Source of the DNA: Nemertoderma westbladi
Taxonomy: Eukaryota > Animalia > Xenacoelomorpha
DNA: 48,063 nucleotides
Direction: 5' to 3'
NCBI GenBank assembly: GCA_032718475.1
Contig: JAUCBJ010008274.1
Coordinates: 1 to 48,063 of the forward strand
Shown: positions 1 through 11,242 of the stretch, one piece after another
How positions within the stretch are numbered: position 1 is the stretch's first letter
How the letters are laid out: each line of letters begins with the position of its first letter
Notes under the pieces: generated by a model
Databases searched by the model: none
What the model was told of the DNA's origin: nothing
The model's input: the letters and a program-made list of their open reading frames with translations, nothing else
Made by a program: the position numbers and the translations under genes

Positions 1-545
1 TGCTGCCGCTGGTGAATGCCTACCACTTCATCCGTTCGTTTAATAATAATTAGGGCGCACCGGATATCCGATCGGCCGTATATTATGTGGTATTATTTTC
101 AAGATATAAATTCAACTGATGACGAAATAATTATTTTATGAATTATTTTTTTAATAATATTTTGTATTTTTATACATTTTTTTATTTCCATTGTAAAATT
201 AATAAGCGACACTCAAACTTGTCACATAATATATCCGTATTTTCTATCACACCTCCTCCCAGGAGTGGTTCATAATAATGAACTGTGCGGGTATAATTAA
301 AACTGTGCGGCCATTTAAAAGTACTGTAGTTGATCCTGGTATAGTTTAATCTTGAACCTTAACCTAAAATTTGGTGCATCCAATGTATCTGTTCAATGTT
401 TCAATGGCACTACCTATTGCAAATTATTTATTTATTTTTTTATATTGTAGTTAGTTATTTATGCCTAAAATATAGTTTAACTTATTCATACAGTACATAC
501 AGCATGAACGGAAGTATTTCCCTCAACAATATTTCCCTTTATAAG

Positions 546-1660
546 CAGGCCCGCATCATGCGGGAGGGGGCTTTGGGGGCACTGCCCCCCCCCCCCCCCA
601 GACAAGTCCCACTGCCCCCCCAGACATGTCTTGTTCACAATTAATTAATAATAATATTGTTGACCCCAGTGATCAATATTATTGGATACACATTTATCTT
701 ATAATACTGTAGGACTTATAATAGGATACACTTATAATTGGATACACACTTCTACACACTGACCTGACTCCCCACCATCCCATTTGTTCCAATTATATAA
801 TACTACCAGACTACAGTACATGACATTAATTTACCTACCTACCTGTAATTAATTTAATAAAAATACAGGAAGCTCCAGGTTCTCTCATTGGCTACCAGGG
901 GTTGTTTGTTGTTGACCCATTATCTACTGTATTTGTCTGTAGTTTGGAAGCCAGCTTGCAGTTAAAAGGCTAGGCGCTGAGGGTTGCTTGCACTGGTATC
1001 CATATCTATAATTTGTTGTAACTTAACCTTAACCATATTATACCTGAAGTGGGTCCTTCGCGTAGCACGTGACATAAATTATGTGTCAATTCGAAAGAAA
1101 TATAAGCAAAATCTAAGCAGATGTCCCTCGATCACTTTACACCTAGAGGCAGTCTGGAAAACTGCAGTCTATTTAAGACCTCAGAAAAAATTTAAATGAC
1201 ACAGCAAATGGTCGAGTACAATTCTGCCAAGTTTCCGCTTTAACGGATTAAAGGCAAAGAAATGGGAGGACATTTAATGCTTAGACATGTAGCCATCTAG
1301 CAGGAGACTGTTGAACTGTTGGTGTCAAAAGTCGCTAAATAATGTCAAGTTTTGGACAGATTTATGCCTACCAATTTTCAATTCTACAGCTTTAAATCTG
1401 ACAAAGTTATTTGAATGTCACAATCGTTACATCAACAACTATTTGCCATTACTGACATACTCCAACAGTGTCAGTTCGCCAAGGCTCCGCCAACTTCGTG
1501 GCTCGCCCCACACACCTTTCAACAATATTGATTATACTTTATATACTAAATTAACTCTCACTTTACTGTATGCTCCCCAAATCCCAGTTATGGGTTTGCC
1601 CCCCCCCCCCCAGATTTGGTCTCTGCCACCCTCAGATATTATGATCACCATACGGGCCTG
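546..1660. mobile_element. Non-autonomous hAT-type element carrying a nested Helentron/DINE-like insert
   Basis: TIRs CAGGCCCGCAT / ATACGGGCCTG (10 of 11 match); 8-bp TSD TTTATAAG (538-545) / TTTAAAAG (1661-1668); poly-C subterminal tracts; no ORF. Confidence 0.7.
1046..1511 (+). mobile_element. Helentron/DINE-1-like non-autonomous element, single-core copy
   Basis: Shares its 5' end (GAAGTGGGNCCTTCGCG), core (GCCAAGTTTC..AACGGATTAAA..GAAATGGGAGG) and 3' end (AAGGCTCCGCCAACTTCGTGGCTCGCCCCAC) with 18282-22154. Family name inferred from architecture. Confidence 0.55.
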
Positions 1661-2809
1661 TTTAAAAGACATAACGTCAACGCCATTTCTCTACTACGAC
1701 GGGTAAACTCAATAAATAAGTAATCTCTAGTAATCTCTCTATCCAGCGTGCGTACAGTATTGAATGAATATATTATGCAGATTCCACTTACTTAAGTATA
1801 CAGTAGTTACCACACTGCCTACTGTATAGACAGGCCCAGGAATCTTTAAAAACAGGCCCGCTCTTCTATGATGCAATTGCCCATTCATTTATTAAAGTGG
1901 AAATATGAAATTCATGAAAGAACAAATCTGTTTTTAATTTCAATTTCAATGACTTATTATGTTATTCTAGACATGACAAAGACACCAAGTCTGCAAGTAG
2001 CAGACTACTGGACTAGCAGGTCTTGAGTGTAGTACTCAAGGACTGCTGAAAGCTGAAGCACCTTCACTACTACCTGACTACTTCAGTATTCCTTGGTAGT
2101 ACTACACAGTACAGTACCAGTCCGGTACTACAGTCCACTAGTCAGACAGTAAGCTCAGAAGCTATTTAATATATTGTAGACTTTCTTTCATTCAAACATA
2201 AACAAATGCTACAATCTGACAATGGGAAAGAAGAAGCGACGCAGCATATGCAGTGGGTGCGGAGGGAAGGAAATGCCTTATCGGCATAATATAAGGACTT
2301 GTCGTTCTCAATTTAAAACTGTTGATAAAGAAAAAGACCCAAATTGTAAGTTAATTTACAGATTTAGGCTAATACAGTAATATTTAACATCGTTTGATAT
2401 TTGAAAATATATCTAACTGACATCGTCTGTCTGTCTGTATGTGTTGGCGGTAGTACTCTGTAGCCTAACTAACTGTAACTATGATAGGCTTATGGTCATC
2501 ACAATTTGCTCGCCCACGTCCTGACGTCAGCACGTTGAGTGGGGCCGGGTCTCGCAGGATACAGGAAGGGTGGAGTGGAGGCCCAGTCCAACCCAAACCA
2601 CTGAAACAATTAAAGCTTGCTGCTACCCGTATACTGAGACTGATACTAGGCTGCCAGAATGTCTACCTTCTGACTGTCTGACCTTGAATAGGTGACCAGA
2701 AAAGTAAATTGGCTGCTTATATGTACAGTGGTGAGAATAGCCCAATTTCATTTTTATTACGGTACTTTATTGTAATTGACAGATTGATTTCCTTTCTACC
2801 TTCAGACTG

Positions 2810-2975
2810 CATTTTTTTTTTATGGAGTGCTTCATTTTTTACCTTTTTTTATGGAGTGCTTCATTTTTTACCTTTTTTTATGGAGTGCTTCATTTTTTAC
2901 CTTTTTTATATGGAGTGCTTCATTTTGTACCTTTTTTTTATGGAGTGCTTCATATTTTACCTTTTTTTGCTTTTT
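2810..2975. repeat. About 30-bp minisatellite (TTTATGGAGTGCTTCATTTTTTACCTTTT, about 5 copies) inside a dispersed repeat
   Basis: Visible tandem units. The upstream flank (about 2700-2772) has an inverted homolog at about 9310-9390. Confidence 0.8.
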
Positions 2976-4083
2976 TTTATACTTCAACCTGTCAACTTAA
3001 CTTATTTTTTTTAATCCAGCCATTTTAAGGCCCATGTCTGCATGAGAATACCAGACTTTATGCCGTTATATTTCTCTTTGCAGTTACCCCCATGTGAAGA
3101 ATCAGCTCCTTAAATAATATTAATAACCGAAATAAGAACCCAAATAATCGATACATTTCTTAGTATAGTTGACCACCAAGTAGAGCACGTACCCTTCCAA
3201 GCCAATATCAATGTGTACAAACATACACCTTCGTGCAGCAAGAGGCTCAGTTACAGATACAGATTAAAATTGAGCAATTCTATCCCAAAATCGGCACTGA
3301 GAAATTTAAATAAATAATAAGAAATTTAACCAAACTGCCAATAAGAATAAATCAAAGAAGAGAGGAAAGTCCCCCCCCTCGCTTCAACCGCCCTCCTAAT
3401 CTGCGCGACTGCACCACCAGACCACCCCAACCCAAAGGCGCACATAGGATTAATGAAAGGCAGAGGTATTAACAGGCAATTTGTGTTTTTAATTTTAAGC
3501 ATAGAGGCGACCCAATTGGTAAGAAATATTAAAACTTACCTTATGCCGATAGTATTGATACTGAAATATTAATTTATCATGTCAACACCTCAACGAAATT
3601 ATTCAGCTAATTATTCTAAAGAATCACAATTAAATACGCAGCCAATCATTTTGCGAGATAAAGCAAGCTGGCTTATTAGTCGGGCACCTTACACTACCGG
3701 TATTGCCTATGTCCTATAGCTATAGATTTAATACCCATTGCCAAGTAGTGGTGAGATGATTTGGTTGGTTCCCAACTAATAGGTAATAGCAAGTATGCCA
3801 AGGAATGAGGGAGCTGGAAGTATAGAGTGACGAAATGCATTTTGATAACTTAATTAAGTTTAGATTTATATTAATTAAAAACACATTTCTTAAAGCAAAA
3901 CACGTGAACAATTAAAAACTGCAATGGAATGGGGTATGGGGATTACAGCTGTATAATTTTTAAGTATAATTATTTATATCTTATACTATAAAATAATTAA
4001 TTTCCATTAAAAGTAATGTTTAAAATGCTGTTTTTATCCTAATCAACTTATTTAACTAATTAACTGCTATTATCTTAGCTTCT

Positions 4084-4280
4084 CGAAGGCCACACGCAAA
4101 TTCAACTTTGACAATTTCTAAAATTTCGCTGAACAACATGTGTACCAGGTTTGGATAGATTTCATCGAGGATTGGCCGAGTGGCCAATCGTTTAGAATTG
4201 GGCATAACAGATCAACAGACACACCGATTGAGTTTAGTGGTTCCCGTATGCTAAGCTCGCTTACTCTCGTGGCTTGCCCC
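4084..4280 (+). mobile_element. Short divergent member of the Helentron/DINE-like family
   Basis: 3' end GCTAAGCTCGC..CGTGGCTTGCCCC resembles the conserved family end; contains CCAGGTTTGG and ACAGACAC motifs. Confidence 0.4.
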
Positions 4281-4933
4281 TCATACCTTCAAACATGCAC
4301 ACAAACATACGTTTTTTCGACAGCAATAATCCATGACTGTCTTCTAATTACTGTACGGGTGGGCCTATAAATAAAAAAGGTAAAGTAAACAAATATAGAT
4401 AAAAAATGGTAAAATGAAAATGAAAAAAAGGTAAAATGAAGTATAGCTGGATTTAAATGTGACGGGATCCGAGTTGGCACAGGATCTACCGGTTTTTGTG
4501 TCGTGTCTATACGCGTCGCCGCGTCCGCCCCACTGCTTGCTAGGTGTAGATAGGCCGAAGGCCGGTATAATAAAGGTAGCGTTATTAATAATGTCAGATA
4601 TATAAGTAATACATGCTTATAATACAGCACAATCAGTATAGTACAATGATGGCAGCAACGACGACGGTTAAAACCGTTTGACTTCTACACTGAATAATTA
4701 CCAACTAAACGTAACCAATATTGGGCAATGGATATACAGAATATGGATAACTTATTACACACGGTTCTAACCTACATGTCAGCATGTTGACCTGCTAACA
4801 GACACGTTTACTGGCCAAGTGCTGGACGCCCCCCATTGGCTGGTTTTCCCCTGCAGTCACTCCCTACCTCCTTTGGCCCTATGCTAGCTTCCCTCTGGAG
4901 ATGAGTTTTATCATCTCCAAGCTGGCATTATTG

Positions 4934-5544
4934 TATGGCATACTTTTAGTATTAAAACCCCATTTTATTATTTACTCATATTTTTTAAGGAAAATAATTT
5001 TGTACTCATATTTTTATAAGAGTCACTAATTCAAAGAATTATGTTCTCATTTTAAAATGAGTACACCATTAATTCGGAACATCTTTCAATTTTGTACTCA
5101 TATTTTTATAAGAGTCACTAATTCAAAGAATTATGTTCTCATTTTAAAATGAGTACACCATTAATTCGGAAAATCCTTTAATTTTGTACTCATATTTTTA
5201 TAAGAGTCACTAATTCAGTGTATTATGTTCTCATTTTAAAATGAGTACACCATTAATTCGGAAAATCCTTTAATTTTGTACTCATATTTTTATGAGAGTC
5301 ACTAATTCAAAGAATTATGTTCTCATTTTAAAATGAGTACACCATTAATTCGGAAAACCTTGCAATTTTGTACTCATATTTTAGCCAATCGCGAATTTGC
5401 GCCTCATCTTTTAATAATTGTCACCCATCTTTTAACCAATCACGAATTTGCGCCTCATCTTCGAATAATTGCCACCCATCTTTTAGCCAATCGCGAATTT
5501 ACGCCTCATCTTTGAAAATATGTCACCCATGTTTTAGCCAATCA
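4934..5544 (+). repeat. Left TIR: 4 x 92-bp units plus about 3.3 x 51-bp units
   Basis: 92-bp period starting at 4996, 5088, 5180, 5272; 51-bp period from 5381; each 92-mer contains the palindrome CTCATTTTAAAATGAG. Confidence 0.9.
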
Positions 5545-5707
5545 CGAATGAAATAATTTTTATGTATTTAAAAAACCCTTTTAATATTTGTTATGATTAT
5601 TATTTTGCTATTTTATTATTATTAAGGTTATTTAAATTGTTGTTTTTATATTGTAAATTTGATTTCATCATTGCCACTTTATAGTAGTTTAGTTTTTATT
5701 GTTTATC

Positions 5708-7507
5708 ATGGAAACTCCGGCAAGTATATTTGTCAACCATTTGGAACATATCATAACCGAATGCGAACGTGTTTTAAAACCTGATTACTCACCTCAATTA
5801 ATTAATGACGAATTCAAGGAGTACCTATTAGCTAAACTCACCAATATATGTAATTGCTTAACTATGATAAAGGAATCTAATAATTTGACAGCTCATGATT
5901 CAGCAATTGTTGAGTATCTGACATATGTTCAATACCTACAAGTTCGTATCGCCAACTTGTACATAAGGGTCAGTCCTGATTGTACTTCTTTGTTTAATCA
6001 TGTTCTCACACATAATGGTCCGGGACCTGACAATACGGGGAGACCAAGATACGACGTTACTAAGTCTCAACTTGAATACCTCAAAGAGGCGGGATTTAAC
6101 TGGACTCAGATTGCTGCGATATTTGGAGTGAGTCGATCAACTATTATGGACCGAGTTCGTCAATTTGGTTTGGGAGTTCGAAACTTGTATCGCAATACGT
6201 TAGAGAATGAAAACCAAATTAAAGAAGTTATTGGTGAAATTCATCAACAATTCCCTTATGCGGGATGTAGATTCGTGTATGCCATGCTACGAAGTCAAAA
6301 TATGTTCATCGCGCTTCGACATGTTCATCGTGTCTTAAGGGAAATCGACCCCATTTTATCAGCAGCAAGGTGGCGAGCGCTTGTGGTCCGACGACGATAT
6401 AATGTAAAGGGTGCCAATTCTTTATGGCACATCGATGGCCATCATAGCCTTATAAGGTGGAACTTCGTAATACATGGTTAGTACTTTCGAAAAAGCGAAA
6501 AAAAACAAAAAATGTTATTTTAGCCACGACTTTTGTAGTTTTTTTGTTGTTGAAAGCCACTTTAAAAAAAAAACATTAATATCTCGGATCGATAACTAAA
6601 GCTGAAGTGAAATAGCAAAATAGGTAATATAGGCCCTGTTATGATATTATATATATTCTAGAATATTAAATGTTGATGGAATTTTAAAATTTAATTGTTG
6701 ATGGAAAACGAAATTTCATGATTGTTTACAATTGAATGTTTTCGCTAATTCGACTGTACTAGGTGGGGTTGATGGATTTTCCCGTCTGATTACATACAGT
6801 ACCTTTATGCATCGGGTAACAACTGTGCTGCAACTGTTTTGCCATTGTTCGAGGAAGCAGTTAGGAAATACGGCCTCCCTTCAAGGGTGAGCGGAGACAA
6901 GGGAGGGGAAAATAGACTGGTCGCCGAATATATGATAAGTCATCGAGGCACAAATCGAGGAAGCTTTATTGCAGGGAAAAGTACTCACAATCAAAGGATA
7001 GAACGCTTATGGAGAGATGTATTCCGTACTGTTGTTATCGTTTATTATGAGCTGTTTTTTTGGCTAGAAGACAACTCCCATTTAGATCCCTCCTCTGTCG
7101 ATGATATATATTGTTTGCATATTACTTACAAGAAACAAATAAACGCGGCTCTAGAAAGATTTGTAATTGGTTGGAATGCACATGGGTTACGCACGGAACG
7201 CTACTGGACCCCCCAGAAGATTTTCATCAATAGCCGATTAACATCGACTTGTGACATCGACAACGTACCAGATGAGATGAACAATATAAACCTAGATAAT
7301 TACGGAGTAGATTGGTCAGGTCCGATTGTTGAGGATCAAGAGACAGTTGTTGATGTTACCAATATTGAACGTCCTATATCCGAAGAATCTGAAAGACAGT
7401 TACTCAGTGAAATCAATCACCGATTTGGGTCTGATAATTCCGATAATAAATACGGTGTTGACTGCTATTTATATTGCAAGCAATTTGTATTTAATTATAA
7501 AGAATAA
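5708..7507 (+). pseudogene. IS3EU DDE transposase, two exons (5708-6476, 6763-7507), frameshifted by a 5-bp insertion at 6795-6801
   Basis: HTH region (GRPR..WTQIAAIFGVSRSTI); catalytic motifs [31 protein letters not shown] phase-1 GT(6477)..AG(6762) intron joins FVIHG to [11 protein letters not shown]; removing 5 bp restores [23 protein letters not shown]. Confidence 0.88.
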
Positions 7508-8349
7508 CGATACTAGTTATTTTTTGTATCGATTTTTAGTTTATAATAATTTTATATTATTTCCAGCTATTTCGCAACCAATTTTCTGTTATTACCTCAT
7601 GGGACGGACGGGTATAAATGTAAGTAAGAGGGACGAGGCAAACTTCTCCCTTAAAAAAGCATGAAAATTTGTTGAAAAAAAAACAACGAAAATGTTGGCA
7701 CATACGGAACTGTTCCCTATTTAACTAATACTTTTAATTGATGATTGATGATTATTAGTTCCAAAATAGGATAAAAAATTAGTTTCTATTGTAACTCTAT
7801 GTTCACTTCTGAAAATGTGCGAATGCAACTAAGCTCGTGTAACAACTGGTCAGAAATATTACTGGTTTAATGTTTTGCTTCTTAGATACAACTTACTTGT
7901 ATTAACATTGTATTTAATAATGTTTTGTAGATTACACTTAACTAAACTCTACTTTCCTGTATCTTGACTCCGCTATCTCTGTACTTATCTTTATTGATAA
8001 AGTATGATAGTAATAATAATACAATATGAGTAATTACAATATAGTAATGTATTTTTCTCAATTAAAATTTTGGAAACTTAGAAACACTAACTACATTACT
8101 GTAAGTAAATAATAGTGACTAAGATACTAATGACGGCAATACAACTTAGGCCTAGTAATCATTTATGTTATGCCCACTTTTACAGACCCAATCACCCACA
8201 TCCACTAGTAAATCTTAAACTCTCGATAGCCAGTGCAGCAACTTTATGTACCGTCGTTCTCATATGCTATCACAGAAACCATATGATTTCAACAGTAGTC
8301 CGATTCACCCTTTATACTTCTTTACAACAGTGGAGAAAGGCCTTATCAA

Positions 8350-9105
8350 TGATTGGCTAAAAGATGGGTGGCAATTATTCGAAGATGAGGCGCAAATTCG
8401 TGATTGGTTAAAAGATGGGTGACATATTTTCAAAGATGAGGCGCAAATTCGCGATTGGCTAAAAGATGGGTGGCAATTATTCGAAGATGAGGCGCAAATT
8501 CGTGATTGGTTAAAAGTTGGGTGACAATTATTAAAAGATGAGGCGCAAATTCGCGATTGGCTAAAATATGAGTACAAAATTGCAAGGTTTTCCGAATTAA
8601 TGGTGTACTCATTTTAAAATGAGTACATAATTCTTTGAATTAGTGACTCTTATAAAAATATGAGTACAAAATTGAAAGATGTTCCGAATTAATGGTGTAC
8701 TCATTTTAAAATGAGTACATAATTCTTTGAATTAGTGACTCTTATAAAAATATGAGTACAAAATTGAAAGATGTTCCGAATTAATGGTGTACTCATTTTA
8801 AAATGAGAACATAATTCTTTGAATTAGTGACTCTTATAAAAATATGAGTACAAAATTGAAAAATTTCCCGAATTATAGGTGTACTCATTTTAAAATGAGA
8901 ACATAATTCTTTGAATTAGTGACTCTTATAAAAATATGAGTACAAAATTGCAAAATTTCCCGAATTATAGGTGTACTCATTTTAAAATGAGAACATAATG
9001 CAATTAAATTAGTTACACATATAAAAATAAGAGTACATAATTATTTTCCTTAAAAAAATATGAGTGAATAATAAAATGGGGTTTTAATACTAAAAGTATG
9101 CCATA
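8350..9105 (-). repeat. Right TIR: about 4.3 x 51-bp units plus 5 x 92-bp units
   Basis: Reverse complement of the left arrays with one extra unit of each type. Confidence 0.9.
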
Positions 9106-9508
9106 TTATTGCCCCGTTCCCTTGTCCCCTCCTGGAATGCAATTTCATATTGGATATGATATTGCATACTCGGTTGTGATTCGTAAATCACAATTCCCAT
9201 TCTCTCACTGACACTGAGTGGTGTGCAGCGGATGGATACGCTAACATTAAAAATAAAGATGAAATAAAGTGTTTAAAAAAAGGGTAAAAAAGGGTAAAAT
9301 CAAGCCCTCAATAAAGTACCGGTAATAGAAAAGGAAATTGGCCTATTCTCACCACCGTACTTACTACTTATGACCTCGTTTTTACTTCTCCAGCAGTAAC
9401 TCATGGAGTTGTATCCCTTGTAGCAAGCCAAACTACACAGCCCAGGTTTGCAGTACCCATCGGGGCGGATTATTGCCCCAACACCCCCCCCCCCCCCCCC
9501 CCCCGCCG

Positions 9509-11242
9509 TACGGAAGCACATAACGGCCACATTACCACAAAGAAAATATAGCATTAACTCTATGGGAGCTTAATGTGCTGTAGTAAATGTGCGCAGTGGT
9601 CTACCGCAACATTTAGAATGTGCCGTGGTAAATGTGCCGTGGTCTACCGCAACATTTAGAATGTGCCGTGGTCTTCCGCAACATTTAGAATGTGCCGTGG
9701 TAAATGTGCCGTGGTCTACCGCAACATTTAGAATGTGCCGTGGTCTACCGCAACATTTAGAATGTGCCGTGGTCTACCGCAACATTTAGAATGTGCCGTG
9801 GTCTTCCGCAACATTTAGAATGTGACGTGGTCTTCCGCAACATTTAGAATATGCCGTGGTAAATGTGCCGTGGTCTACCGCAACATTTAGAATGTGCCGT
9901 GGTCTACCGCAACATTTAGAATGTGCCGTGGTAAATGTGCCGTAGTCTACCGCAACATTTAGAATGTGCCGTAGTAAGTGTGCCGTTGTCTACCGCAACA
10001 TTTAGAATGTGTCGTTGTCTACCGCAACATTTAGAATGTGCCGTGGTAAATGTGCCGTGGTCTACCGCAACATTTAGAATGTGCCGTGGTAAATGTGCCG
10101 TGGTCTACCGCAACATTTAGAATGTGCCGTGGTAAATGTGCCGTGGTCTACCGCAACATTTAGAATGTGCCGTGGTCTACCGCAACATTTAGAATGTACC
10201 GTGGTAAATGTGCCGCGGTCTACCGCAACATTTAGAATGTGCCGTAGTAAATGTGCCGTAGTCTACCGCAACATTTAGAATGTGCCGTGGTCTTCCGCAA
10301 CATTTAGAATGTTCCGTGGTAAATGTGCCGTGGTCTACCGCAACATTTAGAATGTGCCGTGGTCTTCCGCAACATTTAGAATGTACCGTGGTAAATGTGC
10401 CGTGGTCTACCGCAACATTTAGAATGTGCCGTGGTAAATGTGCCGTAGTCTACCGCAACATTTAGAATGTGCCGTAGTAAATGTGCCGTGGTCTACCGCA
10501 ACATTTAGAATGTGTCGTGGTCTACCGCAACATTTAGAATGTGCCGTGGTAAATGTGCCGTGGTCTACCGCAACATTTAGAATGTGCCGTGGTAAATGTG
10601 CCGTGGTCTACCGCAACATTTAGAATGTGCCATAGTAAATGTGCCGTAGTCTACCGCAACATTTAGAATGTGCCGTGGTAAATGTGCCGTGGTCTACCGC
10701 AACTGGCGAAAAGTTCTTTCACTGACGGAAAAACCGTATTGCGAAAGCAATACTATTCTAATTTGTTTATGGTTATATCCTGACCGGTAAAGGGAGCTGA
10801 TGACAATCTTAATATCCACTTCCTTCATTACTATTATTATAGTATATGTGTATGATAGTAATATCCTGTACTAACAGACTGAGACGCTAGGCCTAAGGTA
10901 ACTGATACTGAAAGTATCGCGAAATGGAAAGACTGAAAGCAAACACTTATTAATGTTGCAGTAGTCTACGGAACATTCTAAATGTTGCGGTAGACCACGG
11001 CACATTTACCACAGCACATTCGAAATGTTGCGGTAGACCACGGCACATTTACCACAGCACATTCTAAATGTTGCGGTAAACCACGGCACATTTACCACGG
11101 CAATTCTAAATGTTGCGGTAAACCACAGCACATTCTAAGTGTTGTGGTAGACCACGGCACATTTACTACGGCACATTAAGCTCCCATAGAGGTAATGCTA
11201 TCTTTTCTTTGTGGTTATGTGGCCGTTATGGGCCATTCCGTA
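9509..11242. mobile_element. Non-autonomous IS3EU-like element of a second family, with satellite arms
   Basis: Ends TACGGAA.. / ..TTCCGTA; about 65 bp of unique TIR followed by inverted arrays; flanks CCGCCG (9503-9508) / CCGCCC (11243-11248), a 5 of 6 TSD match; no ORF. Confidence 0.75.
9571..10702 (+). repeat. Tandem array of interleaved 29-bp (AATGTGCCGTGGTCTACCGCAACATTTAG) and 14-bp (AATGTGCCGTGGTA) units
   Basis: Directly visible; a shorter inverted array lies at about 10952-11180. Confidence 0.95.

Larger units (their letters stand above)
4934..9105 (+). mobile_element. Full-length IS3EU-type DNA transposon
   Basis: Ends TATGGCATACTTTTAGTATTAAAACCCC / GGGGTTTTAATACTAAAAGTATGCCATA; exact 6-bp TSD TTATTG (4928-4933, 9106-9111); long TIRs; internal IS3/IS481-like DDE gene. 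TAY..RTA ends with a 6-bp TSD are the IS3EU signature. Confidence 0.9.
4458..9246 (+). mobile_element. Solo LTR (about 611 bp net) interrupted by the IS3EU insertion
   Basis: Starts TGTGACGGGATC, ends GCTAACA; 5-bp TSD TTAAA at 4453-4457 and 9247-9251. Both ends and internal blocks resemble the solo LTR at 46537-47123 (opposite orientation). Confidence 0.7.

Noticed and set aside
51-381. Possible hAT-like MITE (TAGGGCGCACC .. GGTGCATCC)
   Set aside because: TIR is degenerate and no TSD was found.
2709-3028. Phe-rich membrane-like ORFs
   Set aside because: Translation of a T-rich 30-bp minisatellite.
5333-5556. Short ORFs mirrored at 8305-8612
   Set aside because: Translations of the 51-bp TIR array.
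5708-7507. Bacterial IS or contamination, or IS3-style programmed frameshift
   Set aside because: The gene has a spliceosomal intron and eukaryotic flanks; the break is explained by a 5-bp footprint and no slippery heptamer is present at the site.
9571-10702. CRISPR-like 29-bp repeats
   Set aside because: No unique spacers, no cas genes, eukaryotic context; the array is a transposon arm. ORFs 9589-10623 are repeat translations.
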